NCBI RefSeq assembly: GCF_006345805.1
Contig: NC_042997.1
Coordinates: 41,726,001-41,790,000 of the forward strand
DNA: 64,000 nt
Source: Octopus sinensis
Taxonomy: Eukaryota
Direction of reading: 5' to 3'
The notes under the pieces were generated by a model. That model saw only the letters and a list, made by a program, of their open reading frames with translations. It was not told the origin of the DNA and searched no databases. Below, in pieces: positions 40,756-52,570 of this stretch. The position numbers and the translations under genes are program-made. How positions within the stretch are numbered: the first letter of the stretch is position 1; the number at the start of each line of letters is the position of its first letter.

Positions 40756-41564
40756 CTGAACTCCCTAAGGAACAAAATTCTGCCTGATTTTTATATAGGA
40801 CTGGATTTAAACTGAAGGGAACCCTGTGCATTTCAAAACTGCTGGGCCTCTCGGAGACCAGACTGAAAATTTTGGAAAATCAATCTTAAACTCGTATATT
40901 GCTGTAATTTACTTTAATTTTTGTAGGACTATTTCTTGTCACCTAATCGCACTAATTGGTAATTTATATAAATAGATTTATAGAAACAAATATCTGAAGT
41001 TCTAAAATAATTAAAACATAGAATAAAAAAAAAATGTAGTCTAATTCGACTTGAGTTAAAAGTCTATACCTCTGTAGGATGGTTGAAAATGTTATGACTG
41101 ATACCTTAAAAATATCTTAAAAACACAGAACTTTGTAGGGAGTTCTGAGTGAAGCACACCATTTAATCTGTTGTAACATTTTCAGAAATTTTTGGCGAAT
41201 GTGTTCTAAACAATTTCCCTATGATTATACAAAAAATTTCAACATTGCATCTGTTATTTGGAAATCATTATATCTCTCCTATTTTTTTTTATTAAGGCAT
41301 ATCACTTCTCATTGTGACCTTTAAGGGAGATTTAATTGTTTCTGACATCCCACGACCACCTGGAACCTTCCTCATTTCTTTGTCACTGACATGTATTGAT
41401 GGGTTTCAAAATTTTTCTCCCCATCATTTTATCAAATGATGATTCTGAAGTAACAGGAGTTTTTTTCATCCCAAGGGTGGAACACTGTTCCGATGTAAGA
41501 GAAAAAAAAAAATCAACACCACACAGAATAAAGGCAGTCCATTAGTATGTGTGTCTTTTTTTAT

Positions 41565-41765
41565 CTTTTATCTTTTACTTGTTTCAGTCATTTGACTGCG
41601 GCCATGCTGGAGCACCGCCTTTAGTCGAGCAAATCGACCCCGGGACTTATTCTTTGTAAGCCCAGTACTTATTCTATCGGTCTCTTTTGCCGAACCGCTA
41701 AGTGACGGGGACGAAAACACACCAGCATCGGTTGTCAAGCAATGCTAGGGGGACAAACACACACA
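41565..41765. mobile_element. Octopus-type SINE-like repeat (tttgactgcggccatgctggagcac family)
   Basis: Opposite-orientation relatives at ~56690-56895 and ~57015-57130. Confidence 0.75.
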
Positions 41766-41789
41766 TATATATATATATATATATATTAT

Positions 41790-41960
41790 ATATACGTATA
41801 TACGACAGACTTCTTTCAGTTTCCGTCTACCAAATTCACTCACAAGGCATTGGTCGGCCTGGGGCTAGAGCAGAAGACACTTGCCCAAGATGCTACGCAG
41901 TGGGACTGAACCCGGAACCATGTGGTTGGTTAGCATGCTACTTACCACACAGCCACTCCT
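41790..41960 (-). mobile_element. tRNA-derived SINE
   Basis: Minus strand gtggtaag...ccgggttcagtcccactgcgt (B-box-like)...ggaaactgaaagaag; plus-strand copy at ~56285-56450. Confidence 0.75.
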
Positions 41961-42534
41961 GTGTGTGTTTAAGAAAAAAAGATATTTACTAACCAATAAT
42001 TATGCTATCAAAACAATTTATCATTTACATATGTCTGAAATCTCTGCAGAAATCCTAGCAAAGTCCTTTTCACTGCCACTATGATAAATACCAGTGAAGT
42101 CTAATTCAAGAATCTGCAAAGTTTTACAGGGTGGGGCTGGCTTAGATGAAAAAATTTAAGCCAAAAAAATATATTTTGCATAATCATACAAGATATTTCA
42201 AAACAGATCTGTAAAAATTTTCAACACCAAAAAGCTAAAAATTCATCACCCTTTACATGGTGTCATTCAATTTGTAATTAATAATAGGATGCCATGTGCA
42301 TGAACAAGTTTTAAAAACATTTTGAATTTGGATTTCCAAGGAATTCAAGCATAATTTATACGAAAGGCTTCTTTCAGTTTCCATCTACCAAATGGCCTCA
42401 CAAGGCTTTAATCAGCACATGTGGTTGAGAAGCAAACTTCTTAACCACGCAGCCACTCATGTAGACAATGAAAAAATAGATATAGGACTAAAAAAATCAA
42501 GAGACAAATTGTCCTAAATCTCTAAAAATATTAC

Positions 42535-42642
42535 CAGCCATTGCAGGTTTCCCCAAGCACTGTGACTACAAGATGAGCACTCACTGAGTCTGGTTTCACC
42601 AACAGCATGGTTCTTGGACGCCTTCAACAACAACCAATGAAT
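42535..42642 (-). pseudogene. Kinesin motor pseudo-exon 3 (switch I)
   Basis: AG/GT bounded; IHWLLLKASKNHAVGETRLSECSSCSHSA (cf. NRAV..T..NERSSRSHSV), then apparent deletion/frameshift. Confidence 0.8.
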
Positions 42643-43468
42643 CTGCAAAGGAAATTCAATCAACACGTTTAAATATTAAAAAGCAAAAAAACAAAAAAAA
42701 AAAAAAAAAAAACAAAGAAAGCAGTGAAGTATATAACTGTAATGGTATTACCAGTTTAGATGGTGTGTGTGTGGTACGTTTGGCCTTGTAAATAAGTCAT
42801 TCACTGTTTTGTTATGTGTTTCTCCATGACAAAACAGGAAATCAAAATGTGTCACATGCAAGTATGAACTGGTAATAACCTTGCATTTAAAGTAGAACCC
42901 TTCCGTTAATTTATCTTCCAAACACCAGATTAGTACTGATAAAGTTATTTTATTATTAAATCCTTTAATATTCTTAAGCATGTATTTGAACAAAAATATA
43001 GCAATGTAAAGGATTAAACCTTCATCCACTTCATTAAGGCATACTTTCTATGACCAGCTTGCTCTTCCTGTCATCATAGCTCACATGTTAGCAAGAGAAT
43101 ATTTCCTGTAGAAATCGCTCAAACACAATGGCCAAAAATAATTTCATGACAGACTGCAAACAAACAACATTGCTTCTATGACAGTGGCATTTGTTTACAA
43201 CTAGCACAATCTCAACATAAATAGACACAAACATACACACCATACTCATGCAGACACACACAATGGGCTTTTTTTCAGCTTCTATCTACCAAATCCTCTC
43301 TCAAGGATTTAATCGGTCAGAGACTTGGTGTAGAAGAAACTGGACCACAGCATCATCCAATGGAAGTGAACCCAAAACCACAAGGTTGCAAAACAAGCCT
43401 CTTAAAAACACACCCACAGTTACATCTATGTTACTGTAATAATGAAATTTGCAGCAATCTTTTCTTAC

Positions 43469-43624
43469 CTGGTCTCATGATGCAACTGCAACACTAGTCC
43501 CATTGCTAACATTCATTGCACCTGATTTGTCAGCAGCCATTTAGACATCGTGCTTCTCTTTGTCATTCAGCAAATCATGAATGGCTTCATTGTAAATCTC
43601 AAGGAAGGACACATTGAATTCATA
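43469..43624 (-). pseudogene. Kinesin motor pseudo-exon 2
   Basis: AG/GT bounded, 156 nt, phase 0/0; YEFNVSFLEIYNEAIHDLLNDKEKHDV*MAADKSGAMNVSNGTSVAVAS*DQ (two stops). Confidence 0.88.
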
Positions 43625-43815
43625 CTGAAATAGAAAAGTAAAGACTAGATGAATAAACAGCAACAAGAGTAACCAGAGATCAACAGATTTTGTTTTAATG
43701 TTTCTGCATGAGAGGAGCTATATCCTATTACACCAAGTGTAATATGGTTGACAAAGGGAGAAGAAGAATAAGGATCAGGCTAAAACCCGAAGCACGTTCC
43801 TTTTGGTCACTTAAG

Positions 43816-44033
43816 CCCTTTAGCATTTGAACCGGCAATATTTGGCAGAAATAGTCTACCTGTTTTATGTCCAAACTGGCCAAATCCAACCTCTCACACC
43901 TACCAAACAATGTTATTCTAAAAATAATCACATCATTGTAAAATCTTGGAGCTTCAGTATAATTCATGATTAATTGAAAATAATGTGAATAAATAGGCAT
44001 TGCATTTCATAGAATTATCTGAATGCTAAAGGG
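43816..44033. mobile_element. piggyBac-like MITE (~220 bp)
   Basis: TIR ccctttagcatt...aatgctaaaggg, degenerate TTAA flanks; inverted relative of 63249-63468. Confidence 0.8.
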
Positions 44034-46482
44034 TCAAAACAGGCCGTGTCCAGTCCAAATATTCCACCTGTTTTACATTCCAACCATTAAAGTGAATTCT
44101 AAAATGGATGTGTTACAGGATTTTAAATAAAAAGATTTCATTTCAAGATTACATGGCATCTTGGACCTACAACTAGATTGAAGAACACAGACAGGCCATG
44201 ACACATTGAGCCTGAAGAAATCAAAGTTACAAAAGGAAAAAAAATGAATCAATCACCATCCTTTGCTTCCGATATGTATTACCCCAGCAAATTGCAATTT
44301 GAAGGAAAAATGCTTCAATAATATGCTCCTTTAACCTAGGATTTGGCAAAAGGGTCAATATTAACCCCTGCAGGTCTATATAACAATGAAACAATTTTGA
44401 ACATTAGGGGTGCTAAATTGTTAGCACCCCTAAATCTGGAAGAACAGTAAGTTGAAGCTAAAACTGCCAAATATCACGGCAATTACTAGTCTTCAAATAT
44501 TCCTCCAATATCAATAGAATATGACAATTTTTTTTGCTCTTTCACAATTTCATTTAATTTCTTTAAATATTAATTAGATAAAAAAAAAAAGTAATGACAC
44601 AATTATTTCCTAACTGGGAAATTTTTTTTTTATCATTCCTAATTTTTGATTTAGAAATTTATATGATGGGGGTCAATAAGTTATTAACGACTGCAAGAAA
44701 GGGACAAGGACATAAATTTGCAACAAAACCTATGAAAATATCAGAGAAAGAAAATGGAATTCATGAGAATCTTTTATTATTTGCTATGATCACTATGACT
44801 CATCAGGGGGGATGCTATACAAACAGGTGCATCATAGGGGTGGATGACTTACAAAAAGGTATCTCATCTTAATCTCAGTTTCACTTATTTCTATTGAAAT
44901 ACATTTTGGTAGTCGTGTGTAACTTGTCTACATGATCAGAGTGAATAATAGAAGGGTCTTGTGATTTCCATTTTCTTTCTCTCATATTTTGTAAACTCAA
45001 TGGACACAAAGGAATTCCTGAAATAAATCCAGTGGCATATACATCCATATTATTAATGACATCAGGGAACCAAATACCAGAAATGGGCTTTAAACAGCAG
45101 ATTACAATGAGTTTATCTGCCATTTACTGAATCTGAGACATTTTCGGGTAAGTTACAAGTGCATTTTTAGGTTTTCTGCCAACCAACCAATTCAATGATT
45201 TTACTAAGATTTGGTGTACAGGAAGTACTTGTGCAGATGAATAATTTCCAGTGGGTGTAGCTTGCACTGCACTACCCTCACCTATTGGCTGAAGAAGACT
45301 TTTTAGCTGGTGTGACATGAAAATTGGCAAAACCAAGAACATCCAAGTTTTATTTCGGAGATTTCCTTCTTCTAAGTAAAAGAGCTTCTACCTGCCCAAG
45401 AGGTAAGCTATTCCATTTTAGGCACCAAACCAACACCTAAACACTCTATAAAATGATTGAATATCACAGATATACACACAATAGAGTTGACAGAGGAACA
45501 ATAATTGTCAATGTCTATAAGAATTTATATTTATCCTTATTTTGAATGTTAGTAAACCAACTAATAGCCTTAACTATTTAACCACAGTTCGAGAGATACT
45601 TTATTTCTAAGCATAGGTATGGATTTATCTAAAATTATTTTACTTAATCTACCCAAGTCCAACTTACCAGGGCATCTAACCTTTGGGTCAGTTTGGAAGT
45701 TATCATTATGGTCTTGTTTGTTTTGTCCAAGTACACAAATAATTCCATCCTTGGATTTTAGGTTTGTTATTAAATCCTTGGGTTTTTTTTCTAGTGTGCA
45801 TTTACTCTAAGTGGATGTTTGAGAAATTTAATGTTTGATTTACAGTCCATAATTGAGTGTGTCTGTATCAGAATAACTGTTATGACGAGATACATCTCTT
45901 TCTGGAGATGCAACTGCATATACACACCAATTTAAAATATCCTCAACCTATGAGCATTGATTGATTGATTCTAGAACTGCATGTTTTTTAGGTTTTTTTT
46001 ATATATATGCGTAAATGTCTATGTATTTACACATTTTTTTTTTATTCATCTCTCATAATGGGATATTTTAATTCTGTTATTTATTTTACATTTATATTAT
46101 TCATTTAAAATTTTCTTTATTTTAATTTTACTTTTTATTTTATTCTTTACCTTATTACTCATTATATTCCAACTGATCTGTCAACCATTCACCCACACAT
46201 AAGAATAAAAAAACAATAACTCCTTATTTAGTCTGCTTGCAAGAATGGAAGGGTCCATGTGTAATATCTTCATGTATATCTTTCTCGGATGAAATTATGC
46301 TCATAACACATAAATGCAAACTTAAAGCATAAATTCGTAATTTACCCTATTGAGCACTAATGGAAACGGCTGTAAGAAGTAAAGATTAACAATCTTTTAA
46401 TGATAAATAATTATCTTAACTCTCCAGTTTCTTTCCTTCATTTAACTGAACATAAACTTTACACACACACACACACACACAC

Positions 46483-46696
46483 ACAAGGGGTGCTGAAAAG
46501 TTCCTGGCTTTAAGTGTATCATGAAAGGCTTGGCTGGAGGCACAACCTTCTTAGTTCTTTTAAAGGGCTTAGAAAAACTGAAGGACCATTGCAAAAAGTG
46601 TGTGAATCTGAGAGGGGAATATATTCAATAAAATCATAACTGTTCCCCAATGTATTTTCTTTTACCCAAAACCAGGAATTTTTCAGTACCCCTCAT
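46483..46696. mobile_element. Tc1/mariner-like MITE
   Basis: TIR aggggtgctgaaaagttcctgg / ccaggaatttttcagtacccct, TA at right flank. Confidence 0.75.
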
Positions 46697-48374
46697 ATAA
46701 AATAGTGTGTAGAATATCAGGCATAAAAAAAAGGCCCTTTGAATGGGAAAGAGTTAAAGGCTGCCCATGAGACAGACGCATTTGTCATATTAACAGATGT
46801 GGGTTGACCTTTATTCCATTGAAGGATTTCTTTTAACCCAATATTCTACTTGCTGTTATTGAAAGCTTTATCTGTTCCTCCATGAAAAAAAATTTACTTC
46901 AATTCTGATAAATTTTTAAAATTCTTATAATGTAAGCATATTATTCATATGCATGTGTGTGTGTGTATATATATATATATATCATCCTTTAATGTCCATT
47001 TTCCATGCTGGCATGGGTTGGATGGTTTGACAGAGGTCTGGAAAGCCAGCGGCTGTGCCAGGCTCCAATCTGATCTGGCAATGTTTCCACAGCTAGGTGC
47101 CCTTCCTAACAACAATCACCCTGAGAGTGCAGTGGGTGCTTTTTACGTGCCACCAGCACAGGAGCCAGTTGGGCGAGCCTGGCATCGATCATATTCAGAT
47201 AGTACTTTTTACATGCCTTTGGCACAGAGATATACACACACACAAATACATGAAAAAGTCCTTCCCATGACATAGGCTCATAAAACCAATATCTTGAATT
47301 CTGTGGCGTATATATTCTCCCACTCCTGGATAAGATGCCAGTCTGTCACAGGATTACTCATCTTTGCCAGCAGCAACATGAAATTAAGTGTTTTGCTCAA
47401 GAACACAATGCATCACTCATTCCAGGAATCAAAGCCACAATTTTATGATCATGAACGCAGCACCTGTGTGTGTGTGTGTGTGTGTGGTGTGCCATTACTT
47501 AACTGATTAAGTTTTCACAACATTGAGTAAATAATTGTTACTTTTTAGGTTATCAAATGGTTTGACAAAACTGATTAGTAAAAGTTAAAATATATGATAA
47601 GCCTGCGATATTTGAGTATATATACACACACACACAATTTCCATAAAATTACGATTGACAAATCAAGAATGGAAAATCTTTAATCTCCATCATTCAAATG
47701 AAAATTTAAATATCATTTATTACTTTACATATACACTTTTCTCCCTCAAGACCTGTTTCTTAAAAATAACTTCCAGCCTAAATGCTACCAGGATATTTCC
47801 CATGATAAAAATTGCTTTATTCTGCTTTACTGTCCTTTTTTTCATTTTCATTTCCATTTTTGTTGTTCTTTGTCCTAAGTAATCAAGAACCTGACCTTTT
47901 TCCTATTGATTAAAAATAACTCAAGGCTTCTGTCCTATGTTGTTCAAACATTTAAAATAGAAATCAAAATAGGTTATCACAGATTTCATTTCTGATTAAA
48001 TCAAAATCATCATCATCATCGTTTTCAAGCCCTCCACCTTTCCATACCTGCATGGATATCAGAACATCTAATATCTTAAATTTACGACAGCAACATTTAA
48101 TAACATTTTAAATTTATAGCAGAAACATTTGACAATTTCTTAGATTCAAAGTAGCAATGCTTAAAAAACCCTTCAGTTCATAAGAACAACATTTAACAAT
48201 GCCCATGGTTTGGGTTTCAGTTTAACCACACATAGTTGCACGTTGGGCCAAGTGCTTTCTACCACAGGCCCTGAACAATCAAGGCCTTGCAAGTGGATTT
48301 GGTAGGCAGAAACTGAAAGAATCCAATTGTACACGTGTAACCTTATCTAGACATCATCTGAGAGTTGCAAATGA

Positions 48375-48770
48375 GCATCATCATCATCATCATCATCATC
48401 ATACAAAGGTTATTCGTTTCTAGTTTTCCATGGGAAACATGGCTAGCTATCAAAAAATGTTACCTTGCTTGCAAACAGACGAGAGATGATGACAAGAGGA
48501 GCATCCAGCTAAAGAAAATATGCCTCAACAAATTCCATCTGACTCGTGTAAGCAATGAAAAGTGGACATTAAATGACAGTCACAATGATGACATGTACAA
48601 CAGATTTTATAGTTCCCAGCTCACAAATTCTTTCTCAAGGCCTTGTTTAGCCTGCATTTACTTGCCTATGGTGCCATGCAATAGGACTGAATCAGAAATC
48701 ACACATTGCTGGCAACATCCATCTAAATTTGAAATTTTAACCTGCCAAGGATAACTTTACATATTTCTTC
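48375..48770 (-). mobile_element. LINE 3' fragment with (GAT)n tail
   Basis: (CAT)n at 48375-48401 next to degenerate coding-like sequence. Confidence 0.45.
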
Positions 48771-49084
48771 CTCTGAGATTCAAGGAAATTAGTATAAGAA
48801 AGAATATAGTCTATGTGGCTATATATAAGAACCATTGAGGATATCAAATCAAAAATTTCAAATGAAGATAAATAATCACTGTTGAACTGACAAACAACAG
48901 ATTAAACAATTGACTCAGTTAAAGAAACAGCAGCTAAAACTATACAAGGCAGCATATTTTAACAAAAATAAAACCATACCAATATTCACAATCAGTTATA
49001 AACTCTTGAATAATCACCAAGAAGATTCATAAAATGCAAGATTTTTTTTTTTTTTTTATATCAGGTTTTTAAATAGAAACTTAC

Positions 49085-49255
49085 CTTCTAACCTTTCTCA
49101 ACTAATAATTCAACGGTTTCAAACACCTGAACAGCAGCTCTTGGAATCATACCCATCATCTCATCTTCTACATTACCAACTTCCATTGTATATGCTTTAC
49201 CGGGACCAGGGTGGACTTATCCAAAGATGCAAACATCATAGCCACTGGGTGCAAA
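49085..49255 (-). pseudogene. Kinesin-14 (KIFC1/Kar3/ncd-like) pseudo-exon 1 (P-loop)
   Basis: AG/GT bounded, 171 nt; GYDVCIFG*VHPGPGKAYTMEVG...GMIPRAAVQVFETVELLVEKG*K (cf. [20 protein letters not shown]...GMIPRA...KGW); splices in frame to YEFNVSFLEIYNE. Confidence 0.88.
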
Positions 49256-49530
49256 CTGAAATAATAAGGTAATATATATATATATATATATTATATTAAA
49301 TTAGAGACAAAACCACTATTAGGCAAATCATACAATGAAAAACTTAAGCCAATACATAAGATTATTTAAATATCTGTAAGTTTGGATTTATTCCCTAATA
49401 TTTATTATTAATTAATATATTGATAAATTACGTATATTGAGTGTAATATCTCAACTTCGTAAATTATGGAATTTACAGGTAAGATAGAACCGCTATTTTG
49501 GAATTCATCATTGAAGGATATTCCAGTACC

Positions 49531-49670
49531 TATTTCTTTATTACCCACAAGGGGCTAAACACAGAGGGGACAAACAAGGACAGACATAGGTATTAAGTCG
49601 ATTACATCGACCCCAGTGCGTAACTGGTACTTAATTTATCGACCCCGAAAGGATGAAAGGCAAAGTCGAC
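49531..49670 (-). mobile_element. 3' half of tRNA-derived SINE (ccccttgtggg tail family)
   Basis: Reverse complement of 61515-61659; shorter piece at ~51974-52052. Confidence 0.8.
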
Positions 49671-50006
49671 TAATCTTATGTATTGGCTTAAGTTTTTCAT
49701 TGTATGATTTGCCTAATAGTGGTTTTATCTCTAATTTAATATAATATAATATTTTACAATAAAATTGGATTCAATCCTAAATCTGATTTTTCCCTGTAAG
49801 TTTGGATTTATTCCCTAATATTTATTATTATATATATGTATATATATATATATATACTCAATATATATTTGATATATATATATACTCAATACAGAGATGG
49901 ATGGAGGAGAAAATAGATAGAAAAATCGATAGAGCACCACGTTCCGAGTTCAAATATCACCCAAACCAAATGTACCTTATGCCTTTCTGAGGTTGATAAG
50001 TAGCAA

Positions 50007-50086
50007 TCATCTTCTACATTACCACCTTGCATTGGTCCTACCAGGACCAAGGTGGACTTATCCAAAGATGCAAACATTATAGCCAT
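50007..50086 (-). pseudogene. Second partial copy of the kinesin P-loop exon
   Basis: NGYNVCIFG*VHLGPGRT..GGNVEDD; same TAA stop as at 49085-49255. Confidence 0.8.
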
Positions 50087-50452
50087 TTCAAACGATTGCA
50101 GAGGATTTCTCGAAAAGGCACGGTACCTAACTTACATAGCTAGAAATAGATGTCAAAATCGCGCACAGATCATAGACAAGTGTCTTCCATATTCCATAGG
50201 TAGAAATAGCAGCCAAACCCGCACGAATCAAGGACATCTCATATTCATAAAACAGAGAACAGACACAAAGAATTGAGTCGCCAAAAAGCGAAAGTCTCCA
50301 GAATTAAAAGCATCGAATTGTTTAATACTTACGGAAATGATTCATAAAGGATAGTGTTGTTGTGTGTGCGGGAGTTGAGAAATGCATTGCAAGACCGAAG
50401 TATAATGATTTCTTTTAATGCAAGTCATCATCAAGAGGGCGGAACCAGGTTC

Positions 50453-50515
50453 AATGCGCATGCGTCTCTACTGTCCCGGAATATTTAATGCGCATGCGTC
50501 TCTACTATCCCGGAA
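50453..50515. promoter_or_regulatory. 34-bp tandem repeat with two GCGCATGCG (NRF1/ewg-like) motifs; GGGCGG at ~50438
   Basis: aatgcgcatgcgtctctactRtcccggaa at 50453 and 50487; CpG-rich relative to background; function inferred from motif only. Confidence 0.45.
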
Positions 50516-51682
50516 ATGTTTTATTCCTACCCACAAGGGGCAACGTAGAGGGGACAATACAATCGGGAAAAATAAAATAATGAATTATGAAGTTTGTACA
50601 ATGTGGTGTAATGCCCACTCGATCCCCGAAATCGAGCGGTTACACGTTTCCGTCGATTTCCGTAAAAAATGTAAACACTGAATCGGCCATACATACATAC
50701 ATACATACACACACACATACATACACACACATACATAGATACATACACACACACATACATGCAGACATACATATACACATACACCGCGTAAAAAATTTCA
50801 GTTATCTCTCTCTTTCACACATTACTCTCTCTGTCTCTTCGCACACACTAACAGAAGCACTTCACTTACACAACATACTGTCTGTCTCCCACACCCCATC
50901 AAACACTCACACGGGGACTTCAAAGAGAAATTTCCTCGTCATAAAATCGCTTCCTCTTAGTCTCTTTCGCTCTCATTACTTATGTAAAAAAATAAAAGTT
51001 TTTTACGGAAATCGACGGAAACTTGTGCTACGACAAGCGAAACATCGCCCGTCACAGAATTTAAAGTTCTTTTTATCATTTCCAAATTAAAGTTTTCACA
51101 ATACCTTTTCTTTTATATATACTCCATTATCTCTACCAAATCCTGGTAGTTTTCCATCGTTCGTGGCCACCTTGTAAGTCGGCATTTCATGTTTTGACAC
51201 GTTCTTGCCAGCTGCCTCGATGAATGCCTCAGCGTCGTTCTCGTGGACGAGTGCACCTGTTTCTTTCCATTCGGTGCCCATCCTGACCCACGTATATCCA
51301 CTTGTTACGTTTATTAAATCTTCCATCTCCTCACAGTGCCTGTGATGGATCAACGTTCCATAGTATTTGAATTTTCTATTCGTACCTGCATTTTCTCTAG
51401 TTTTTCTCTTAGGACTTACTTCCTCTTTCGGTTTCTCTCTTTTTGCTTTCTCTTCTTTCTTTTTCCTTCTCTTGTCTTTTTGGCTCTTTGTCTGTCGTCT
51501 CTCTACCTTGTGCCTTATGTTCCTTTCCTGTTGTTTCTTTTCCTTTCTCTTGGTTCTGTTCCTTATCTTGCTCTTTTCCTGTTTTTTCTCTTTCCTTTTC
51601 TTTCTCTTGCTTCTGCCTTGGCTCCTTCTCCACCCTGTGAATTTTGCTCCTTTTCTACTATCTGTGCGCTGTTACTTCCCTT
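50516..51682 (-). mobile_element. ORF1-only retroelement E3 with 15-bp target-site duplication
   Basis: TSD tctactatcccggaa at 50501-50515 and 51683-51697; K/E-rich ORF (51409-51633), short domain (51096-51353), UTR ending ccccttgtgggtaggaataaa. Confidence 0.85.
50646..51023. mobile_element. MITE nested in the E3 3' UTR
   Basis: TIR gtttccgtcgatttccgtaaaaa / tttttacggaaatcgacggaaac; internal sequence is the reverse complement of 60510-60730. Confidence 0.85.
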
Positions 51683-52059
51683 TCTACTATCCCGGAATAT
51701 TTAATGCAGCAAACACTAATTATCTCCCTTTATCGATTAATCTATTTTTCTGGATTTCAATTCGCAAAGCCATGGCTCACCCGTCGTTGTTTCTTGTTAA
51801 AAAATTGTTACCCGCTTCACAGGCTATTGTTTAGATTTTCAAATCTCTCCCTACGCGGGAGAGATTTGAATATTGTTTTTGTGAACTGTTTTTTCGGTAT
51901 TATTTGAGCCTTTCACCCGCACGATTTTCACTAAGGGAAAAAAACTTCGTGTTTTTTGCGTGGAATCAAATACCTATTTCTTTACTATCCACAAGGACAG
52001 ACGAACGAATTAAGTCGATTACATCGACTTCAGTGCATAACTGGTACTTAATTTGCCTT

Positions 52060-52570
52060 CCTACTTACTAGAACTTTGGTCTTTGCCACATTGACTCTAA
52101 ACCTATCTTCCACACACAAAAAACTTCTTCTCTAGTACTGGTAGTGATTCTGATACGAGGGCTAAGTCATCAGCATAGAGGAGACCCCAGGGGCAACCCG
52201 TCTTGAATTCCTCTGTTATTTCCTGGAGGACTATGAGGAATAAAAGGGGACTGAGGGCTGATACTTGGTGAACCCCTACTTCTACCCGGAATTCTTCACT
52301 ATACTCGTTGCCAATCCTAACTTTGCTAATGGCCCCTCTGTATAGGGCCTGTACAGCCCTAATTAACCATTCGTCAATCTCCAGTTTCCTCAGATAAGGG
52401 ATCGGGGGGACCCTGTCAAAGGCTTTCTCCAAGTTCACGAAAGCTATGTAGAGTTTATCTTTAGCTAGGTATTTCTCATGCAGTTGTCGAACCAGGAATA
52501 TGGCATCAATGGCGCTTCTACCCAGCACAAAACCAAACTGCATCTCATCTAAGCAGACTCTCTCCCTGAT
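52060..52570 (-). mobile_element. RTE-clade reverse transcriptase fragment
   Basis: QFGF..GRSAIDAIF..RQL.EKY...AFVNLEKAFDRVP...GVHQ.SALSPLLF...LYADDL. Confidence 0.92.

Noticed and set aside
44880-45403. Possible plus-strand exon ending at GTAAGC (45403)
   Set aside because: All frames contain several stops and no motif could be recognised
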